NCBI GenBank assembly: GCA_950097015.1
Contig: CATNEN010000030.1
Span: forward strand, 496,001 to 560,000
Source of the DNA: Macrostomum hystrix
Taxonomy: Eukaryota; Animalia; Platyhelminthes
Direction of reading: 5' to 3'
Length of the DNA stretch: 64,000 bases
The notes beneath the pieces are model-generated. The model saw nothing but the letters and a program-made list of their open reading frames with translations, searched no databases and was not told where the DNA came from. Shown piece after piece: positions 27,186-36,946 of the stretch. The position numbers and the translations under genes were made by a program. The first letter of the stretch is position 1. The number at the start of each line of letters is the position of its first letter.

Positions 27186-27905
27186 TGGTTATTAATGACC
27201 AGAATGATCAGGTGGTTATTGATGACCAGAATGATCAGGTGGTTATTGATGACCAGAATGATCAGGTGGTTATTGATGACCAGAATGATCAGGTGGTTAT
27301 TGATGACCAGAATGATCAGGTGGTTATTGATGACCAGAATGATCAGGTGGTTATTGATGACCAGAATGATCAGGTGGTTATTGATGACCAGAATGATCAG
27401 GTGGTTATTGATGACCAGAATGATCAGGTGGTTATGGATGACCAGAATGATCAGGTGGTTATGGATGACCAGAATGATCAGGTGGTTATGGATGCCCAGA
27501 ATGATCAGGTGGTTATGGATGACCAGAATGATCAGGTGGTTATGGATGCCCAGAATGATCAGGTGGTTATTGATGACCAGAATGATCAGGTGGTTATTGA
27601 TGCCCAGAATGATCAGGTGGTTATTGATGACCAGAATGATCAGGTGGTTATTGATGACCAGAATGATCAGGTGGTTATTGATGACCAGAATGATCAGGTG
27701 GTTATGGATGACTAGAATGATCAGGTGGTTATTGATGACCAGAATGATCAGGTGGTTATTGATGCCCAGAATGATCAGGTGGTTATTGATGACCAGAATG
27801 ATCAGGTGGTTATTGATGACCAGAATGATCAGGTGGTTATTGATGACCAGAATGATCAGGTGGTTATTGCTGACCAGAATGATTAGGTGGTTATTGATGA
27901 CTCAG
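27186..27905. repeat. Minisatellite, 27-bp unit GATGACCAGAATGATCAGGTGGTTATT, downstream of the TR stop codon
   Basis: Direct periodicity. Confidence 0.96.
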
Positions 27906-29134
27906 GTGGCTCTCGAGCTGCTGCTCGGGTGATAGTGTTGCGGTTCTCTCACAATTCCGCAACACCTGATTTGCAATAGATTATACATCTAGCATCACAT
28001 ATGTATCCCATGACCAGTTTGTTTTTGTTTTTACTTTTGCTACAACAAATTGCGCTCATTTATTCTATGTTCATACACACAACACACAAGCTCGCCTATA
28101 TCTGATTGATTTGATCGCGCTGCCAACTCGGCTTCTCTGACACACCTGTTAAACCTGTTATTGGCTAATTAAATAGCTAATTATAGCACAAACATATATG
28201 TTGATGATTTCAAAACAATTAATTGTCTTTACTATTTTGCTTGCTTTTTTTAACTCACCCAACAGCACAATTGTTTTTTTAGTTGTTTGTCGAATTTAGA
28301 AAGCTTTCTATTATTGATTTGTTGCTTTTGTAATCTTTAAACAGCGGACGCACACAATGATTGCTTTCTGTTCAGGTGTCCAGGACATGCCGTTTTTTGC
28401 ACAGTTGTATTAGCTTTGTTTATGCATAAGTGATGTACTTTTATGCACGCATTCGCAATCCTTTACCTTAGTTTGTACTGGCTAGCAGGCTGTGTTTGAT
28501 CAGTTTGACAGTGTAGTCATGACCTACGGTAATCATCAGTAAGCTTTCCTTTTGTTCGGTGTCACAGTTGCGGACTGGGAGGTCATTGACTCCCAGTGAC
28601 CTCCCCCGAATCTGCAGTTTTTCTTTGTTTTCAATAGCTAGTGTACATTCTTACTAATGATTTGTTTAACTAAACCGATTTTTTTGGCGCTGATCTGTCT
28701 CTGCTGACTCAGCCCTGAGAATGCTCAGGATTTTGTTTGTTACCGCACACCTATAGCCGCTGTTTTATGCTTATTTCCGCACAAGGCTAGAAATAGCTGA
28801 CGAGAATCGTTTTTATGCCCCTACTATGCTCCTACTATTAGTAGTGCAACACAAAAAGCGATCTGTCCGCTCCGGGTATTGACCAGACCTGTCGGCTCTT
28901 TCACTCAGAGGAAAATTGAAGCCTGGAACACATTTTTTCAATATTATATCATATATTTCGTGACATCTGATATTGTGCCGCTTATCATAATACACAAGCA
29001 AGTGAACATCAACCGGTTCTATAATCTGTTCAAGGCTTTGGTCTTCGTTTATTGCTTTGTTAATCGCTGCAAATCGATAAATTTATTCCCCAAATTCACT
29101 TCGATTTTTTCTAAAAAAACCTTCTCAGGCTATT

Positions 29135-29878
29135 CCCCAGAATCCCTATCACAATGTTCCCAAAATCCTTTAAGAGCTGTCCCAGAATCCTCTCAGAGTT
29201 CTACCAAAATCCTCTCAGAGTGCTCCCAGAATCCTCTCAGAGTTCTACCAAAATCCTCTCAGAGTGCTCTCAAAATCCTCTCAGAGTGCTCCCAATCCTC
29301 TCAGAGTGTTCCCAAAATCCTCTCAGAGTGCTCCCAAAATCCTCTCAGGGTGCTCCCAAAATCCTCTCAGAGTGCTCTCAAAATCCTCTCAGAGTGCTCC
29401 CAAAATCCTCTCAGGGTGCTCCCAAAATCCTCTCAGAGTGCTCTCAAAATCCTCTCAGAGTGCTCCCAATCCTCTCAGAGTGCTCCCAATCCTCTCAGAG
29501 TGCTCCCAAAATCCTCTCAGAGTGTTCCCAAAATCCTCTCAGAGTGCTCCCAATCCTCTCAGGGTGCTCTCAAAATCCTCTCAGAGTGCTCCCAAAATCC
29601 TCTCAGGGTGCTCCCAATCCTCTCAGAGTGCTCCCAAAATCCTCTCAGAGTGCTCCTGAAATCCACTCAGATTGTTCCATCAAATCTTCTCAGAGTGTTT
29701 CTCAAATCCTCTCAGGGTGCTCCCAATCCTCTCAGAGTGCTCCCAATCCTCTCAGAGTGCTCCCAAAATCCTCTCAGAGTGCTCCCAAAATCCTCTCAGA
29801 GTGCTCCTGAAATCCTCTCAGAGTGTTCCGTCAAATCTTCTCAGAGTGTTTCTCAAATCCTCTCAGGGTGTTCCTTAA
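29135..29878. repeat. Minisatellite, 20-22-bp unit CCTCTCAGAGTGCTCCCAAAAT
   Basis: Direct periodicity. Confidence 0.94.
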
Positions 29879-30364
29879 ATCCATATTATATTTTGTTCCC
29901 AAATTTTCATTGAACATTAAATGAATGATAGATAAAGGCATGAAATTTGTAGAAATTTAGAATTGCGGATGCGGTCAGACACGCGCATTGTTAATAAGCA
30001 TTTGTGGGCACTGCGGTCGTTCATTCACCTGCACAGTAAGCTATTAGCTGTTCTAGAAAGGATGCTGAAATAAAATAATAAAACATGATGTCTCACAATG
30101 GGTAGCTCTGTGCCCTGCTCACTCGTAGTATCATGGTTTGAGTCACTGCTCATTGAGTTGGAGTACTAACCGTGCTACTTCTATTTAGCTTTATAATGTA
30201 CAAGCCAGTGTAAAAATAGCTTCAGTGGACTTGGAATTGTTGACAATTTATTCCGAGCAAGCAAAGCAGGGACATAAATAGGTGCCTTTTTAGTCGAGTC
30301 CATAACTAAAAATTTCCAGCGAAATTGCCAAAGTTTGTTTATTCCGAGTCCATCTCAACTGAAC

Positions 30365-33300
30365 ATGAGTTTTTATCGATATTTTTGCTCTAGCCTCGCA
30401 ATCTCATTGTTCTTAATTGGTAAGCTTGTGTTCTACTTTCTCTTGTTTATGCATATCGTCAATTCAAGGTGTCTCGATCTTCAAAAACTTCCACAAAGTT
30501 GCTTTCATGTTCATTCATCTGCTTTGCCTAAACCAAGAAAAGTTGATAACCGTTGATTATATCGCGTCTTTTATAGAAAAATCAACGATAATCTAAATTC
30601 AGTTAATTGTCGTTGACATTTTTCGGACAAAAAATTCTACCATAGATTTTGCCTACTGGAAGTAATTAGTATAACTAGCATCTCAACATTGTATTATTTC
30701 AAACACATTTGACGCAGTAGCCAGCAGCTACAGCGGTGCAGCCGCAGCGGCCTGGAGTTACCGGTGGCGCAGCCTGAACGAATCCGGTGCCCTGGGCTGC
30801 ACAGGCAAAGTACAGACGGTCGACCTGGCTGAGCACTTTCGGGAAGCGCTCGTTGACATTTTCGTCTACCAGGCAACCGGAGGTAAATTTAACTCCGGAC
30901 ACCACGAATAAGGAGCTGTAGTCTGCATAGCTTCAATCACAATGAAACCCAGGCCCAGTAGAATGACTTATATTTATAAACTGTACTACTTGCAGACATT
31001 GCGAATAGCTCGGACCCACCGGAGGCTTGCGGTCTGTATCAGAATGTACTGGACTATGTATCCAGAAATTTGGGCACCAACGCTGGTAGGTGAAAGTTTT
31101 TGCCGCGTCAGCTAGAAGAAATGGAGAAACAGAGAGAAACATTGACATAGGGACAGGGACACAGACTCAGAGACACAGAGACACAGGGACTCAGGGACAC
31201 AGAGACACAGGGACAAGGGGACACAGGGACACAAGGACACAGGGACACAGGGACTCAGAGACACAGGGACACAGGGACACAGGGACACAGGGACACAGGG
31301 ACACAGGGACACAGGGACTCAGGCACTCAGGGACACAGGGACACAGGGACCCTGAGACACAAGAACTCAGAGACGCAGGGACTCAGACACAGGGACAAGG
31401 AGACGCAGAAACAGGGACCCTGAGACACAGGGACACAGGGACTCAGGCACTCAGGGACACAGGGACACAGGGACCCTGAGACGCAGGGACTCAGACACAG
31501 GGACACAGGGACACAGGGACACAGGGACACAGGGACACAGGGACACAGGGACACAGGGACACAGGGACACAGGGACACATGGACACAGGGACACAAGGAC
31601 ACAGGGACACAGGGACTCAGAGACACAGGGACACAGGGACACAGGGACACAGGGACACAGGGACTCAGGCACTCAGGGACACAGGGACACAGGGACCCTG
31701 AGACACAAGAACTCAGAGACGCAGGGACTCAGACACTGGGACAAGGAGACGCAGAAACAGGGACCCTGAGACACAGGGACACAGGGACTCAGGCACTCAG
31801 GGACACAGGGACACAGGGACCCTGAGACGCAGGGACTCAGACACAGGGACACAGGGACACAGGGACACAGGGACACAGGGACACAGGGACACAGGGACAC
31901 AGGGACACAGGGACACAGGGACACAGGGACACAGGGACACAGGGACACAGAGACTCGGGGACACAGGGACACAAGGACACGTCGGACACAGACAGACTAG
32001 AGCAGTGACAAAAGCATAGACCCACCAACATTGCAGTCTGCCTTCAGCCTCACAGCACAGCCGAGCTGCTCACCATCCAGCAGTACCTGAAGCTCCTGCA
32101 GCCAGCTGTCAGTTCCACGCGCCCAGTCGCGGTGTCCGCGGTTCTGGCTGCTGCCGACTATAGAGACAAATCAGGCGCCTTGCTCAGAGGCTTCTTCGAC
32201 AGCCTGTCGGATCCGGTACTCACTGCTGGGCCCTCTGAGTCTGAGCTCGCATCGGTGAGCTCGGGTTCACGACTGATTACGGCGTGGGCTAAGCTTAATA
32301 GGATCCTAGATGATAGATTAAATGATCCTAGTTACAGGACACTGTTAGATCATAGTCCTAAACTAACTTTGCCCGCAGGCAACCTACCAGTACCTCGCCG
32401 AACTCGACTGGAGCTACGTCGGCCTGCTGTGGGAGGCGGAGCCGGGCTCAGCCCGACTGTCACAGAAGCTGCTGTCGCTGGGGCGCACCGACCGCAGGAT
32501 CTGCTTCCCGCTGCTGCTGAGCTTCAACAGCGGGAACGCAACGGACGCTGTCCGGGCGCTGAAGGACTTTGTGTACTCCAGCAAACGGCTGCCCCGCTTC
32601 ACTGTCGTCTTCGCTGGCTCCGGCGCAGCCTTCCTGCGCCTGTGGGACCTCGTGTCAGGAGGCGACAGCGCCTTCGCTGACTCAGAGAAGCGCTACCAGC
32701 TCGTGCTGGTTGGCGACGCCTTCAGCAGCTTCCACCGGATGTCCGACATGACCAGGCGAAAGAACCTCGGCCTCGGCACCGTCTTCATCTTCCCGGGAAT
32801 TCTGGACCCGGAACCCGCCACCGATGAGCTGGGGACGCTGTTCGCCAACCTCACTGCCGATGCGGCTTCCATGGGCCGGTTCTCCGAGCTGAAGGCCACC
32901 CACGGCCGGCTGAACTGGCTCAAGCAGTCGACCAGCAGCCAGTGCCTCTGGTCCGATTCCAGTAGCCTCTGCTACCTGCTGGCCCTCCGCTGCGACTTCC
33001 AAGCCCTCAGCCTCGCCCCGCTTCTGGCCGACGGAGTCCCGAGCCTCGGCTCGCTCGCCGACGTGCAAAGCCTGCGGCAGAAGACGGTCACTCTGGCATC
33101 ACTGAGGACAAAGTTCACATTGCTGAACTCCTTTGTCAGGGCCGGCTTCACCACCTACTCCATGGACAGGGGCCTGCAGCACACCTCCCGCGGCTTCTGG
33201 CAGCCCATCGTGAAGATCTACCAGAGCCAGCTGCGCGGGACCAGCTACTCGCTGGAGAAGCTCGGCGAGCTGGCCCTCAAGCAGGCGGGAACGGCAGCGC

Positions 33301-36300
33301 AGACGTATGAGTTCAATGCGACTGGCGTGAGCAAATTCTACCAGCTGACCAGCGGCAACCCCGACATCTTCCCGACCCTGACGAGCAGCTTCGCGTCAGA
33401 GTGCCCCGCCAGCTGTCCAGAATGTGTGAGCGACTCGGATAAGCAGTTCATTCAGTTCAAGGAGGGCGACATCTACCTGGGCGCTCTGGTGCCCGTCTAC
33501 TATAGAGGAGTTGACTTGTTCGACTGCAGCGATGGCGCCTTCAGGAAGAAGTCCGTTGGCGGCTACGAGTTCGCGATGGCGTTCAAGTTCGTTGTCGAGA
33601 TGGTGGACGCACTCAGCCAGGGAAATCCAATGCCGAAGGGCTTCAACACATCGCAGGTCGATCAGCAGTTCCTTATAGGAGTGAGAGACTTGCTTCAGAG
33701 AGTTCACGACAGGCGCACCAAGAGGCTGCGCTGGGGCTACGTTGTGCTGGACACCTGCTACTCACCCAGCTGCACCGTGCGGCGACTCGGCAGCCTGCTG
33801 GACGGCAGTCTGGCGGTCGTGCCAGGCTTCAACTTCACCAAGGTGGTTGGCTTCGTTGGAGCGCATTCCAGCACCCAGACGATGGCCTCCAGCCAGCTGC
33901 TGAAGATGTACAACCTCCCTCTGATAAGCTATGGCTCAACTTCCACAGCACTAAGTGACGTCAACCAGTATCCGTTCGTTCTGCGTACTTTGTCATCAGA
34001 CACCGCGATCATTGAAGGCATGGTGCGGATGCTAAAGTACCTCAAAGTGGATTACTTCAGCGTAGTGTACGCCTCGTCAGCGTACGGCGTGTCATTGAAG
34101 GAGGAGATGGTGCGAATTTCATCTAGAGAGGGCCTGTGCATCTCGAAGCTGATTGTCTTTGATTGCGGCGGTGTGGACGACAGCTGCAAGCGAAGCTTGA
34201 TGCTGGACCTCAAGTCTCTCAGGGCGCAATACGTGACCTTCCTCAGCAACCTGCCGGACCTCATCTCGCTGCTGAATTATCCGCAGGCCGAGACAGACAT
34301 CGGCTACCTGACACTGTTGACCACCGAGTCTGTCGGCATCTCGGATGCTGCCTTCGTCGATAAGAAGAATGTCGGTCTGGGCACGCTCAGCCTGCAGCTG
34401 GCCTCTTCTCCGACGCCAGCCTTTTCGGGGTTCGTCAATTACAGCCTGACCCGCATGCCGCCGAACCCCAATAACATCTCCCAGTGGGACCGGCTGTTCT
34501 TTGAAGACGCTCAGCAGTGCTACCTTCCCGGAAGTTTCCAGAGAAATATGGCTTTCTCTCAGGCCTGCCAACAATCGCTAGTTCAGGTACTTGAAAATGT
34601 TTGAAGGGCTTCTTTAACAGTAGAACTACCAATTGGAGGGGGAATTCCCCGACCCTGACAACTACTTTTGCTGCAGCCGAATGAAACAACTCAAGCACAC
34701 GAAAGTTTATAAACGGGCCAACTTCTTCTGAAACAATAATCAAGTCGCCAGCTCATCAGACCGCCGAGATATTCAATGGTTCTGGCTGAAAGTCAGATTT
34801 TTCTCGTAAGGGCTAATGTATTTCATACACCCCTATACACAAATTTGCACTGCGCCTCAGTGCGGCCTTGCCAGGCCTTCAAAATTTATGAGCATGTCAC
34901 CCGAATGTGCCTGCATAATTGCTCTCTTCACCTTCATGGGCTACAACAGGTGTAAATAGGTCACTATGGACACCCTGACGCGAATTTCTACAATTTCACT
35001 GATCAAGCCTAAATACTAGGCGCAGCTCAACCCCAGGACACCCTCGCCTAGTCTGTCAACCAATCAGTCACCACCTAGCGCTGTTAGCATTCGAGCGCTG
35101 CCAAAAATATTTTCAAGGGGGGGGAGAAATTCTCATACCCCTTGGTATAAAAACGGGCGGCAAAATGGCTTTGTAGTCCTACTGTTAACCTTTGCTTTCG
35201 CAAACACTCGCACTACGAGATAGCTAAACCTTGGAAATTCGCAGGCGCATCCAATTACTGAAGTGGAATCCCGCGCACCTTTCGTCATCGATGCCACCTC
35301 CACCCTGGTGCTCGGCAGCCTGACCGCAATGACCTACCTGTGCCAGGTGACCACACCGGAACCGGCCTGCCCAGGCTATTTTCCAGGCGACTTCCAGGGC
35401 ATGCTACAGCGGGCCAACTTAGTTATGTACGGCAGCGTTGGCAGCAACGACCCCCGTCCGCAGACGTTTAGTGGCAACTTCGATGGCTCCGCCTGGTCAT
35501 TCCGGAAAGTGTTCGACAACCGCATGGGGCAGACGCCATTCTCAATCTGGCAGTACCGGAAGCGGGGCTCCGGTGACTACCGTTTTGTTCAGGTAAGACT
35601 GACACCATTAGTGCGTCACGTTGAGAAAATGACACCAAAGGTGCTGCCCTCATCATCCACACAGCTGTTATTTAAATATGAGCTTTAGCTGGGCATCAAA
35701 AGGGATGCTGCGACTTACAACCAGGGCTTTAACCACTTTAATCCATTTGCGTTGCAAACAGCGACCCACAGCAGACAACTAAAAGGGATGCTTATTGCGA
35801 TAACCAAATTAAAAATGGTTTAGCAACGGTGAAATCGGATTTCCAACTTTGACAGATCGGCCTGTTTGATGGCGCCAACTCGTTGAGCGTCACCGAAACG
35901 CCAGCCCAGCTTGAGTCCGCCGAGAGAACCTCGGGCTCAACTGGCGACTCGTCGTGCCGAACTCGGGCCCAGTGCGGCATTACGGACACCTCGCGATGCG
36001 CGAATCCCAGCGTGGGATCGAGGGCCACATCGACTGATGGCGACAGCGGCGGAGTCGACAATGGATCCAATCTGGGTTTCCTGGCACTGCTCATTATTCC
36101 AGGCTTCCTGCTCGGCTTCTTGCCAATCTGCGTGTATAATATCTGTCGGATCAGGCTGTTAGAGTCTGACGAGGAAGCACCTGAGGAGTCTATCAACACT
36201 GGCGTCGCCAATCAAAGCTTCCAGTCGACGGGTAACAGCCAGTTTGGTGGCGGAGGAAGAATAGCTTCAGATGGTTACGACCGAATGAGCGGCATCTCTA

Positions 36301-36398
36301 CAGCGCAAACTTGGCAGCAACAGCAGCAGCAACAGCAGCAGCAGCAGCAGGCTCTGTGGCATGCCGACGGAAATGAAATGGCTGAAAACGTCGGTTAA
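30365..36398 (+). CDS. Type I single-pass membrane protein with two tandem class-C-GPCR-like Venus flytrap (ANF_receptor) domains, ~1178 aa; exons 30365-30419, 30718-30882, 32037-32254, 32379-34586, 35245-35592, 35856-36398
   Basis: Six phase-consistent GT-AG exons (3537 nt). Signal-peptide-like start MSFYRYFCSSLAISLFLIVASS. VFT1 is degenerate (YLAELDWSYVGLLW, RICF). VFT2 is clearly mGluR-like (GDIYLGALVPV, VLDTC, VVGFVGAHSS, PLISYGSTS, LSDVNQYPFVLRT, SSAYG, EGLCI). One hydrophobic segment LGFLALLIIPGFLLGFLPICVYNIC (~36072-36146) is followed by RIR and a short tail. Confidence 0.85.
31148..31990. repeat. Intronic minisatellite, 9-bp unit GGGACACAG, with an internal ~345-bp block duplication
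   Basis: Lies in intron 30883-32036. The block at ~31310-31650 recurs at ~31656-31950. Confidence 0.95.
34618..35184. mobile_element. TTAA-type MITE, copy 2 (intact TIRs, TTAA on both sides), in intron 4 of the flytrap gene
   Basis: TTAA(34614-17)|CAGTAGAACTAC ... GTAGTCCTACTG|TTAA(35185-88). Confidence 0.88.
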
Positions 36399-36609
36399 CA
36401 ACAGTTGCTGCTGCCTATTGCTGAACTATCTGCAGACAATACGAGTATTCGGTTTCAGAGACACTACTTCATGTGTCAATATTTACTGTAGCCTGATATT
36501 AATCTACTTGATTATAGGCTTGAATAGTGCTATTTTAGCATCTTTCATTAGCTTCCTGCACACAACTATCATTTATTCTCCATATACTTTTGTAACTCGA
36601 CGACAATAT

Positions 36610-36921
36610 TGTTATGTAGTGACTTGCAGCCAGCGCGTATACGCTGAGTACACCGCGCTGGCAGCTGTCTGTTAACTGGCTGAATATCATTTCATTGTGC
36701 GGTGCAGCCATGTGCAGCCAGCGCGCGTACGCTGAGTACACCGCGCTGGCAGCCGTTTGGTTAACTGGCTGACTTTCAAATCATTGTTCGCTCTATTTTA
36801 TCACCCCCTAATCCTTACACCCAACGTGCCGTCGCATAAAATATATATCGCTGTTCTCAGGAGCGTGGAGCTCTGACTGTTTACGTTTCGTTCTAAATAC
36901 CACCAGTCTAGAGTTATTTCA
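36610..36921 (+). repeat. 5' LTR
   Basis: TGTTATG...TTATTTCA, matching 40989-41300. Contains an internal ~60-bp direct repeat and a TATA-like ATAAAATATATAT. Confidence 0.96.
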
Positions 36922-36932
36922 GTGGCGACGAG
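36922..36932 (+). other. Primer-binding site TGGCGACGAG, complementary to the 3' end of tRNA-Ser(GCU)-type tRNAs
   Basis: Directly follows the 5' LTR. 10-nt complement of ...CUCGUCGCCA. Confidence 0.8.
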
Positions 36933-36946
36933 ACTTGGGCCCAGCC

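Noticed and set aside
27161-29913. ORFs encoding (DDQNDQVVI)n and (SECSQNPLRVLPK)n-type repeats
   Set aside because: Open in several frames, no unique domains or splice context; these are minisatellite translations.
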